NCBI RefSeq assembly: GCF_018977255.1
Contig: NW_024704743.1
Coordinates: forward strand, 115,942,001-116,006,000
DNA from: Callorhinchus milii
Lineage: Eukaryota
Direction: 5' to 3'
DNA: 64,000 nucleotides
Below are positions 24,414 to 35,566 of this stretch, piece after piece (positions within the stretch are counted from its first letter, which is position 1; the number at the start of each line of letters is the position of its first letter). The position numbers were made by a program, and so were the translations under genes. The notes beneath the pieces were generated by a model. It worked only from the letters and a program-made list of their open reading frames with translations. It made no database searches and was not told the origin of the DNA.

Positions 24414-24501
24414 ATGAGACGCCGCTCTGTAACTTGCACCGTCCTGGGGCTCGGGCTCGGGCTCGGGCTGCTGCTGGCAGTCAGGGCACAGAGCTTCACA
24501 G
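24414..24501 (+). CDS. PTPRM: First coding exon (signal peptide) of a type IIB receptor protein tyrosine phosphatase, likely PTPmu
   Basis: gccATG Kozak context in a CpG-rich tract. MRRRSVTCTVLGLGLGLGLLLAVRAQSFT-G has a basic n-region, hydrophobic h-region and VRA cleavage motif. The exon ends ACAG|gtaaga in phase 1, as in R2B PTP exon 1 (PTPRM ...ETFS-G, PTPRT ...RAQSAA-G). Synteny with LRRC30 favours PTPRM. Confidence 0.7.
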
Positions 24502-24561
24502 GTAAGAGAGGCAGTCACTGTGTGTGCAAAGTGGTTCAACACCGACTCCCCCTTCCTCCTG

Positions 24562-25222
24562 ACTCTGTCTGTCTGTCTGTCTGTCTGACTGACTGACTGT
24601 CTGACTGCACCCCCTCCTGTCTGTCTGTCTGTCTGTCTGTCCCCCCCTCCTGTTTGTCTGACTGTCTGTCTGACAGCCCCCCCCTGTTTGTCTGACTGAC
24701 AGCCCCCCCCTCCTGTCTGTCTGACAGCCCCCCTCCTGTTTGTCTGACTGACAGCCCCCCCCTCCTGTCTGTCTGACAGCCCCCCTCCTGTTTGTCTGAC
24801 TGACAGCCCCCCCCTCCTGTCTGTCTGACAGCCCCCCCCTCCTGTTTGTCTGACTGACAGCCCCCCTCCTGTTTGTCTGACTGACAACCCCCCTCCTGTC
24901 TGTCTGTCTGTTTGACTGACAGCCCCCCCTCCTGTCTGTCTGACTGACTGACTACACCCCCTCCTGTCTGTCTGACTACCCCCCCTCCTGTCTGTCTGAC
25001 TGACAGCCCCCCCCTGTCTGTCTGACTGACAGCCCCCCACCCTGTCTGTCTGACAGCCCCCCCTCCTGTTTGTCTGACTGACAGCCCCCCCTCCTGTCTG
25101 TCTGTCTGTCTGTCTGTCTGACTGCCCCCCCTTCTGTCTGTCTGACTGACTGCCCCCCCTCCTGTCTGTCTGTCTGTCTGTCTGACTGCCCCCCCCGTCT
25201 GTCTGACACCCACTGACTGACT
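24562..25222. repeat. Compound (CTGT/CTGA)n plus C-run tandem repeat at the start of intron 1
   Basis: Repeated unit CAGC(5-8)TCCTGT(T/C)TGTCTGA(CTGA). Confidence 0.93.
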
Positions 25223-28200
25223 GTGTAAGTGGCTGACATCATCCTCTCCCCACTCCCCCTGTACCCGAGCCCCCCCCCCCCCCCCCCCCCCCCCGGCCCT
25301 GTGCTGACTGCTGACATGTTTTGGTCTATTTCAGGCTGTGAGTGTTTGCAGTGAGTTTGGGGGGAGTTGTGTGTGAGTTTATTTTGCGAAGTGACGCGTG
25401 GACGGGCGAGAAGGGCACAGATCGTGTGAGCTGTGTGAGTGTGTGTGTGAGAGTCTCCCCACCTGTAGCAAACAAACAGTCACTTTATTTAGTGAAAAGT
25501 CAGCCCTGCCCCTGTGTCAGGCTGCCCCTGGACTCACTCCCACTCCCACCCTTTACCCACAGCGCCTGTGAGTTGAGTGGGGTTTGCAAACCCCTGGGAT
25601 CGCCGTCCAGGGTTGAAACTGTGATGCACAGTCTATGGTAAACTTGCACTCTGATTCCAGTAGTTATTTCTATGGAAACTTCTCCCTGGGCAGAGAGAGA
25701 GAGAGGGAGAGAGAGAGAGAGAGAGAGACAGAAAAAGTTGGGAGAGGAAACTGCGTCTCAGCCCTTTAACTGAGCTGCAGCTGATGTCCACTCTCCTCCC
25801 TCCATCTCCAGTCTGTGTCCCTCAGTCTCCATGTCTGTCTCTCCATCCCGTGGCTTATTTGCCTCTGTCTTTAGCCTCCTGTTTCCCTGAGTTTTGCTTC
25901 AAGTCCCTCAAGTCCCGACTGAGTCTGTCCCGTATTCTCAGCCTCAGAGAGAGAGAGAGAGAGAGAGATGGAGGGAAGTGGCTGCAGCTTCCAGTAACAC
26001 TCCCCTTGGGGAGTGGAAATGCAGTGAGATTTCACCAGCAGATCGGTGAACTTTCTCGTGTTTAATGTTTCAACAAGAGTTCAAGTTAAAGGGGATGGGG
26101 GGGATGGGGGGGGAGGAGAGGGGGGAGACTGTGACTGTACGAAATAGGTTCAAAATCAAATATTTTTAAGGACCAAGAAAGAGACCTGAAATAAAACGCC
26201 TGTGTGAGTGATGGCGATGTGGAATCTCAGGAAGTGCGTGAAAGTTAAGGGGAAAGTCTGGAAAAGTGGTGGTGGGGGTAGTGGGGGTGGGGGTGGGGGT
26301 GGTGGTGGGGGTGGTGGGGGGGACACAGTGTGGGTGTGTATATATTTAGAAAAAAAACAACACGTTCGGGAAAGATCAGAGGTTTGGAGTTCAAGCAAAT
26401 CCTAATGAGATGTACTGTACAGTGTGACTGTGTGTTGGTCAGAGGGGAAGGCTGACAGGTTGGGGGGTGGAGAGGACAGACAGACAGACTGACAGACAGA
26501 CTGACAGACAGACAGGGGGTTGAAACACTTTGCAGTTGTTTTATTTTTTTTCTCTCTCCCTCCCTCTGTGAAACGGATTGGATCGGGTTAGTCTGGTCCA
26601 AGGCTGTCACTCCACACCGGGAGCATCTCACACACCGCACTCGCCCGTGTGTCGGGAGAGATGGAGAGAGGATTCAATCCATTCTCTCTCTCTCTCTCTC
26701 TCATCGCACCGACTTGTGAAAAGAGGCAAATATCCCATTTAAGGTTTTCTTTGGGCTTTTGTTTTTTTTTAAAAGTGTGTGTGTATATATATACATACAG
26801 TGTGTGTGTGTATATATATATATAAATTCCCTCTGGAGTGTGACACACTGGTGAAATTCACCGATGAGATAAATATCAAATCACAGAGTTGATATTTATT
26901 TCACACGTTTTGGGAAGACTACGTTAAAGTAAGCCGAGTGTTTCATATTAAGCTTAATAATAATATCTCTCGCTCTCATCTCTCCACGATATTTTGTTCA
27001 AATCGTGTCTGTCTGTCTGTGTGTGTCTGTTTGTCTGTGTATCTGTGTGTGTGTGTGTCTGTCTGTGTGTCTGTGTTGGGGAGAGAGAGAATCGCGTTTA
27101 TCATTAGTTTCAGGAAAAATAAGATACTTTTATCGAAACGGAGGGTTTGATGATGTGAGAGCACTGCTGTAGAACCGTGTCGACCCGGTCAGAGCGATGT
27201 GATCATTGTGAAACTCGTGTTGAAAACGTCCTGAGCTCTGTTGACAGAGGTGTGAGTTAGATTTTTGGGATGAAAGCGAATCACTCCAAGACCCAGACAC
27301 AGGAGAGAGCCACTCACCGACCCACCCACCCACCCACCAGCGAGTGCAGACCCTCACTGTGTCAGGTTTTTTTCCAATGAGAAGTGGATGGTGCTAATCA
27401 TTGGATGTTAGTGCAGTGCTCCCTGTTCTGGATCTGTGTGAAACACCTCTCAATAAGTGGCTCTCTCAGTGTCAGTTTACCTAATAACTGATCAGTCCTT
27501 TTCTTTTTGTGGGGGGGGGGAAACCAAACAAATTTATTTTACAGTCGTACCCTGTACGTTTCCATGTTCTTTAGTTGGTTGGCATCTTGTGTTTTATTAA
27601 GCAGTACAGTCGTGCTCCTTCGGTTGGTCAGCCCGGTGTCTGACACGAGTGGAAACCCATCGCCGTGCTTAAGAGTATCCAAACCAGACTGAGAGTTCCA
27701 CATATACATGTCACTTACACATGGACATTTCCCTGTGTAGAATGGAGCGCAGACTATCTCCCCGCAGGGATATACCCTGCTTACCTAACCCCAAAGAGCA
27801 CTAGGTGTAGGTTGGCAAGAGGCTTGGGGACCCAGAGTATAATTTGGGGTACTGCTGGAGTCTAACCAGCTAAAACCGCATAGCTTGCAATCGAGAGCAC
27901 CAACTGGCAAGCTTCCCATTGCTCATCCAGCTAGGACCATCCTACCTGTTAGGGCTTTGGCTTGCAGTGTCAATGGGAACCGAGTGGGAAGAATTCCTGC
28001 TCCCAGTGACTGGTCTGCCCTTACAGGTCCTGCTGATGAGCCAGGCTGGCTGTGGGATCATCAGCAGTCCCCTGGAATACTGTAGACCAGCCTGGCTCAG
28101 GAACCAGATTACCGAGACTGCCACAGAGGATTGACTCTGACATTCTGTAGTCAATCAGATCACCTTGGAGCTAGCTCAGTTGCAAGGAGACTGGATTGAC

Positions 28201-31200
28201 CGCTTTCTCCCCAAGAGAATAGTGGTTAATCATATCAAAACATCCAAAAGAATTTCACAAGAAATCACTGTTAAACCGAGGTCTTCTCTGCTTTTTTAGG
28301 TGGACTTTGAAGATTTCGTGGCACCATTTGAAAAGAATGTCCAGGCCAACAATCCCAAAGATAAATTAATTAATCATTCAATTCACGGGTGGTTGTGGGA
28401 CTTTGAAGTGTACAATTTGGCTGCTGCATTTGCCTACAAAACACACAGTCAGTACACTTGAGCAGTGATTCCCTGTGAAACCCTTTGAGATGTGCTACGT
28501 TAAATCTACCCTCGGTCACTATGCCATTGTTGAAACTATATCATATGAAGTATACAATATGAAGCAACAAACTAAAGGATTTTAAAAGATGGTGCATGGT
28601 GATGTGTTTCCTTCCTCATGTGTCAGACACCCGGGTAACTTAAAAAAAAAGAAAAAATTTAAAGGCGAAGGAAACTATAAAATCTCAGCAGAGTCTGCGG
28701 ACAAAGGAGTTTGAAGCTGATCATGTCCTGAGATCAGTGGCAGGTCACGGCCCCATTTCAAGAGGACATCATTAGGTGATATCACTGTAGCACTTCCTTC
28801 CCATTGTTTCCCTGAGATCACGAATACTGACTCAGACCCATGGGACGACCTAACGAGCAATGCAATCTTGGAGCTGCAGATGTGTTCTCAAGCCAGTTTT
28901 ATCCCGAGCTGGACATGTGCAGCTCTGCTCACTTCCTATTTAATTCATTATGTTCCCAGTTGACTTCCCCCCACGATACAATGTTAAACATTGTGGGTCA
29001 GCATCAGACATTGTTTTCCAGTGCAGAGTTTGTGTCAGCAGCTGACTGCTTTCCTGTTTTTGGCATGACTCTGCACATCAATTCACAGCCAGTTCAAGCC
29101 TTTTGGGTTCTGAAAGTACTTCAGTTTGCAAAATACTGGTGTGAGTGTGTGTGCTTTTTTTGTTGTTGAAAAAAAATCATTTAACCTCTCCTGTCTTTCT
29201 AATTTATTGATGCTGCTTTGCCGCATTGTGCCTCTAATGCTTTAAACCAAGGTTTCATCAGTCTGGTCTTCATGTTTAAAGATCGCATGACAATTTGGAG
29301 AGAGAAAAGCGTCTCCCAGTATCCTGGCCAAAAATCTTCCAGATAAATTGACCGTTCACTTCAGGGCTGGGACCTTGCTATTGAGCAAACTGACCACTGC
29401 ATTTGCCTACAAATACACAGTCTCTACTTTTGATAGCAATACCCTGTACAGCACTTTTCGAAGACATAGGCGTTATATCAAATGTAATGATAACTTGCTC
29501 TTCCTTTTCCTTACTTCTGACCGTGTTGAAATCGAGACTCATCGCACTGTCTCCTAATTCATTCTTTCCTGGCTAGGGATGTGCATCTGAGCGGTGGGCA
29601 ACAGGATGGTGGCAGTGCTCTCATGCTGAGCTATTCTGCTCATCAGGAAGCTTGCAAGTATTTCCTGGTACCTGGTATCTATTGAGGGTTCAAACCTATG
29701 TTTCTGGGATGTCAAATGACCAACTAATGACTATCCTCCTTAGTGGGAAGGTAGCAACATCTCCTTGGAACTGAGCTGACTCAAAGGCAACGGTAAATAG
29801 TGTGACCTGATGACCCAGAAGTTGGCCATTTTGTAGAGCCTCATTGACAACACGGATGTTAAGACATTGGACCCAGTTGACCATGCTATCACAAGATTTC
29901 CCTGTATCAAAGATAATTATTAGGGAGATCCTACAAGGAGACATTTCAAAGGAAGTAGTAAACTACCTCAGATATACAAACCAAACAGAGGCATATTTTT
30001 GCCTCACTTCAAAACTCTTAAACTGTATTAAAAATGTAAAGTTACAATAATTCACATGCATTAGCTTTTGCACTGCATCCATATATTATGCACAAGATAC
30101 GCATAAGTGTGTATTTTGTCTGCGAGCATAGGAAGACTGGAATACAGCCAGAGCAAAGCTAAGCCTAAAACACATTGAAGAGTAGGGGTGAGGTTTGGGT
30201 ATAATATGTGGTATGATCGTCAGAATGACTCAGAACATGTCAAACAAGGCAAGTTTTGGTATTGAATGCTCTCTTTACTTCCGCCCCACCTCGTGACTTT
30301 GCCAGATTGTTTTTTTGTCAGCTCTGAAGATTGTTTCTTCATTTTGGGTGACATTTTCTTTAAGCAATTAAGGTCCCTGTCCCTCCATGTATCATCTTAA
30401 AATCGAGGCGGTATCTGCTGAAACAGGGTTGAATTGCTGCTCTTGAGGCATTCTGATGAATTGCTGAGCAAGCACTGCACTGTTGGGGGCATTGTGCTTT
30501 GGATGAGCAAAATAGCTGCCTTGGTTGCATACAAAAGAGAAACAGTCACTACATTTGTCAGTGATTTGGAAAATTCTTTGAGACATTTAAATAAATTACC
30601 ATAACAATACGAATTTGGCTTCTTTGGAACATTAGATTTTTCTTGAGAGCCTCAGGTAAAAGCTGAGAGCTATCATATCATACACATTAAAGGATAGTTG
30701 ATCAGGTTACCCACTTAACCTTCTCAGCTCCAGTGTAAAAAGACCTAACTACGCAAGTCTCTCTTTGTATCTGAAACTTTCCTTTGAGTGTTGAATTTCC
30801 CTGTAGAATTGCAAAAACATTCCTGTTATTTTGAACAGATAATAACTATCAAACTGGGATTTGGGGATTGTTGAATGGTGAATATTATAAGTCAGTATTG
30901 GAGAAAATATGAAAATACAGAGGATATTGGTATTGCCTTGGAGGAAAGAAAAATACAGTATAATGATTTGATTTTTCATAACGTTTTACAGCCGTCACAC
31001 ATCAAAACAATATTTATTCTGTAATTGATCCATGAGCAAAGGAGAAAAATCAATGGTAAATCTGCAGTCGTCTTTATGTTAGATTGCTAAATTAATGCTT
31101 TGTGTCTGTCAACAGTCATCTCTGAAATAGTTTAACGTTCATTGAGCCACACCAATGCATTAACAGATAGACAGGACAATTCTAAGAGGGAAGCCACTTT

Positions 31201-31216
31201 AGTGTGGCTCAAAATT

Positions 31217-31571
31217 TGTAGTGGGCAATAGGACCTCAAGGCAGAAAGACTCAATGGGTGGACGGAGATGACAATGCCCTCATCGCATTCTGGTGTGCTG
31301 GGGCTGAGATGGGTGCAGACCCTGGGAAAGAATGGGGAGCAAGACACCTAGACCACATGGTGGCCTGAGGTTGATACTGGTTAGAGCGGGGGGGTGTGGA
31401 TCGTGAATGCATGGGTTAGTAAGAGGGGTAGCAGGTACTGACCATGAGCCCAGGTGTTTGTACCCCTCCAAGGTTGTTGCTGTTCCGTGTTTTCCCCGCA
31501 CAAGATTAAACCTGTGGTTTGAGAGAATCTCTGTGTGTCTGTATTTGCCTCGCTTGGACGTCAGTGCTACA
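31217..31571 (+). mobile_element. Possible solo LTR
   Basis: GC-richer island bounded by TGTAG...CTACA, with ATTAAA ~65 nt from the 3' end; no clear target-site duplication. Confidence 0.4.
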
Positions 31572-31989
31572 GTACTTTGTGGAGAAATGTTACTGATTTG
31601 TGTGTGCATGTGTACATATATCTATGTACTATATTTAAAAACAGAAGATGTAAAAATTGCAAGGAGAGCAACCAGTATCTGAAAGGGAAAGATGGGTTTA
31701 TATGTCTGAGTTTTTGTTAGACCTGAAAGACACTTAACTTTCAGGTGGTTGGCAAACATAAACACAAACCTGTGTTTATTTCAGATTTGAAGTACCTACC
31801 CTTTATCTTCTTGCTTGCCTACAAAAATACAGTCCCTACAATTTACAACAAATCATGTGCACTTTTGTTGGCAAAATGTCCTTATTGTTTGTGGAGCACA
31901 ATGTGATAGTTACCCTTTTAATGCAGAACAGGTAAGATCATTAATCTGAGCTGTCATGAGGTGCCCTCCTCAGCAGACATAAATATAGA

Positions 31990-32758
31990 ACAACTTGGAT
32001 TTATATAGCGCCCTTCATGCTGGACGGCATCTCAGAGTGCTTCACATTAACGGATCCCGGGGCCGAGCCAGGGGGAGGGGGAGGAAGGTGACCAAGGCGC
32101 GGTCGAAAAGAAAGGTCTTCAGCCGAGACCTGAAAATAGGAAGAGAGGGGTGAGGTGAAGGGAGTGAGGAAGGGAGTTCCAGAGCTTCGGGGTGTTGTGG
32201 TTGAAGGCACGGCCGCCAAGGGTGGAGTGGAGGATTCGGGGGATAAGGAGGAGGACAGACCCGGTGGAGTGAAGACCACAGGCACTGTTGTGAGGAGAGA
32301 GGAGATCAGAGAGGTAGGGGGATGCAGAGAAGTGGAGGGATTTGAAGACAAAAGTGAGGATCTTCAAGTCGATCCTCTCTGGAGCAGGCAGCCAATGCAG
32401 TCTGGCAAGGACTGGGGTAATCGGGGAGCGGAGTTTGGTGCTGGTAAGGATGCGGGCGGCAAAGTTCCGGATGACCTGGATTTTATGGATGGTAATGGAG
32501 GGGAGACCGGTGAGGAGGGCATTTGAATAGTTCAGCCGAGAGGTGACAAAGGCATGGATCAGGGTTTCGGTGGCTTCTCGGGTGAGGTATTGGCGGAGAC
32601 GGGTGATGCATCGGAGGTGGAAGAAAGCGGTGCTGGTGAGGGACTGGATGTGGGGGAGGAAGGATAATTGGGGGTCGAACCTGATGCCTAGGTTGCGTAC
32701 AGGTTCGGAGAGTTTTAGGGGGAGGTCGGGTAGGTGGAGAAGGTGAGAACCATGCAAT
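31990..32758 (-). mobile_element. L2 LINE 3' fragment
   Basis: ORF 32119-32832: VRNLGIRFDPQLSF...HAFVTSRLNYSNALL...LHWLP. Confidence 0.9.
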
Positions 32759-33266
32759 TTAAGATATTGACAAGAGCCAAAGAACCAAATATCCCTAAAC
32801 TCTGCAAACAAATCCTGTCGTGTTAGTGACATTGTGCGTCACTGTTACTTCCTCTCCAGCATGGGATAGTAATAATCACAATCCTTATATTTGATACAGC
32901 ATCTTATTGTGTTGCATTGTCTCAAAGCACTCAACAGGTAACTTGTCAAACGTAGCGACTATTTGTGGGCAAAGCAGCAGCCTTCAGTGCACACAGCAAT
33001 GTCTCACAAACAGCTGTGAGGTGAATGACCAATTAATCTGAGGAATTATTGGCCAGGACACTGGGGAAAAAACTGTTGCTGGATTGTAATAGTAGTGGTC
33101 TTATCTGGTTCTATTGAAAAGCGAAAGCACACACTGTTTAATGGTACAAAACAGATTATTTTAAATAACCAAATGAAAATCAACCTGACATCTCTCGGGA
33201 TGCAGGGCTGAAGATAAACATTAGAATAATGGTACTTAAATTCACTGTTCTCTCCCCAGGAGTTAC

Positions 33267-33660
33267 GTGTCAGCCTGGCTTAGTTGGTAGCACTCCCGCC
33301 TCTGAGTCAGAAACTTGTGAGTTCAAGCCATACATCGGGAATTTGAGCTCACAAAGTCTAAGTGACATTCCAATGCAGTTGCTGGAGATATGCTGTATCC
33401 ATCCTTCGAGTGAGATTTTAAACCGAGGTCTGTCTGGCCGCTTGTTTGAAATGAGAAGGGAGTTTCTCCTGGTGTCCTGGTCATCATTCCCACAGATTGA
33501 TCTTTCACTTTGTGGCTGTTGGTGAGACATTCCTGTGTGCAAATTGGCTGCTGCGTTCGTCAAGCAATTGCACAGTCACTACACTTTACAGTATATCCTG
33601 TGACACACTTTGAGAGGTGCTTGAGCTCTGTCAAATGTAAAGACTAATTATTATTTATTA
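33267..33660 (+). mobile_element. DeuSINE (SacSINE1-like)
   Basis: Head GTCAGCCTGGCTTAGTTGGTAGCACTCCCGCCTCTGAGTCAG, Deu-domain motifs TTAAACCGAGGTC and GGTGTCCTGG, shared L2-like tail. Confidence 0.75.
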
Positions 33661-34180
33661 TTTAATCAAACTCTTGTTCGCCCAGCATTACGCCTTCTTC
33701 AGTTCTAGTCCTGACCCACCAACTGACCTGAACTTCAAAACCTTCTTGTATCTCCTGTTGCTGAACACAATGTGATCTTTATCCTTAATTAAATCATCTG
33801 ATGCATTCTTCTCGTGGCTTTGCTCCTTCGCAATGAATATCAGGCTCAACCTTCTTGACTGCAGTATTTTTTTCTTAAAGAACCCTCTTTGTTCCTGGGC
33901 AAGTAGCATTCTGGAGGTGGAATACTTTTATGAAATCCCTGGGATATTCTGAGGTTGTGACCCGCTTGGATATGCTCGCCCTGTCATAAAGATCTTCATC
34001 CAACTGAACAAGCAAAGGACAGCACCTTCGATACTGCAGTGTTCTCCTCCCCAGTAGCATTGTCAGCTGAGACTGACTCCAAGGTGAACTGAACGTTTCC
34101 CTGGTTTCTCACCACATGTCACTTCCAGCACACTCCAGATGATTCTGAATTTATTATAACAGTAACAACTTGCATTTATC

Positions 34181-34487
34181 ATAATAATAATCCTTGCGTT
34201 TGATATAGCATCTTTTTACATCTTCGAGACGTCTCAAAGCGCTTCACAGAATATACTGTGAAGTGAATTGACTATATTTTGTGGGCAAAAAGAGGCAGCC
34301 AATTGCACATGGCAGTGTCTCTCAAACAGTCATGGATTGAGTGACCAAATTATTAGTACTTACTGCTAGGTAAACAGAGGTACGTGGAGTAAGGAAACTT
34401 ACCTAATGTTTTGCCCTGCCCGGGAATCAAAACCCCGGTCCTCTCATTTACGAGGCAAGTGCTCTAACCACCGAGCTACAGGACTCT
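34181..34487 (-). mobile_element. tRNA-headed SINE
   Basis: Reverse-complement head and tail. Confidence 0.82.
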
Positions 34488-34771
34488 ACGCAGAGCAGCG
34501 TCTTGGAGCGCTTAACAGTGGAAAAGCCTGACGTTGAGCCAGGGGGAGGGTGGAGGTGACCTATATTAGGAGATAGGAGAAAGCTTCTGGGGAACACTCC
34601 CTCTCCACCTCGCCCCCCCAAAAAGGAAAGTTGCCCAAAAGACTACAGGTTTGATCACTGCTTTGTGCTGAGTTAGCTGATCTCAGTCAGAGCAGCACTG
34701 AGTTGAATGGTTTCCTTCTGGATTGGGACTTCTATGAGTTTACAAACTGGCTCCATTAGTTCTGTGGCTTG

Positions 34772-35566
34772 GCAAGGCTGCACGCTCCACCTCTCAAAGC
34801 CAGTCAGGAACCTCGGTGTTCTGTTCGAGCCTGAGCTGTCTTTTCTTCCCCACATCCGCGCCACAGCTGGCACTGCCTTCCACCACCTCCGGAACATCGC
34901 CAGACTACGGCATTACCTCACCCCTCACGCTGCTGAAACTCTGGTCCACGCCTTTATCACCTCAAGGCTGGAATACGGGAACTCTCTCCTCGTCGGCCTT
35001 CCCGGCACATCCCTCCACAAGCTGCAGGTCATTCAGAACTCTGCAGCTCGTGTACTGTCCCGCACCAGGCTTCGGGACCACATCACTCCCACCCTCGCTC
35101 TCCTCCACTGGCTCCCCATCCCCCAGAGGATCGAATTCAAGATCCTCATCCTCACCTACAAGGCCATTCACGGCCTTGCTCCCTCCTACCTCCGACGTAC
35201 TATCCCCCTACTTACCTGCCCATACCCTCCATTCCTCTGGCTCCGGTCTGCTCCACATCCCCCGCCCTAACCGCCCTACCATCGGTGGCCGGGCTTTCAG
35301 CCTCTCAACCCCTAGGCTCTGGAACTCCATCCCCCAGTGCCTTCGCCTTGCTTCCTCCCTTTCCTCCTTCAAGGCCGGTCTCAAGACCTTTCTCTTCAAC
35401 CGTGCCTTCAGCTCCCCGCTCAACTCTCTACCCCCTCCTCGCTCCCTCCCTTCCCTCCCCTCACCCTGACCAATTTCCCCCTGCTGGGGTCCCGACCCAA
35501 CTGTCCAGCGCCTTGGGACGTCCTCCCGACGTGAAAGGCGCTCTATAAATGAAATCTTGTTGTTGT
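34772..35566 (+). mobile_element. L2 LINE 3' fragment with intact 3' tail
   Basis: VRNLGVLFEPELSF...HAFITSRLEYGNSLL...; ends GGACGTCCTCCCGACGTGAAAGGCGCTCTATAAATGAAATC(TTG)n. Confidence 0.92.

Noticed and set aside
23803..25317. Long ORFs on both strands around exon 1 (193, 243 and 225 aa)
   Set aside because: Low-complexity translations of microsatellite-derived repeats
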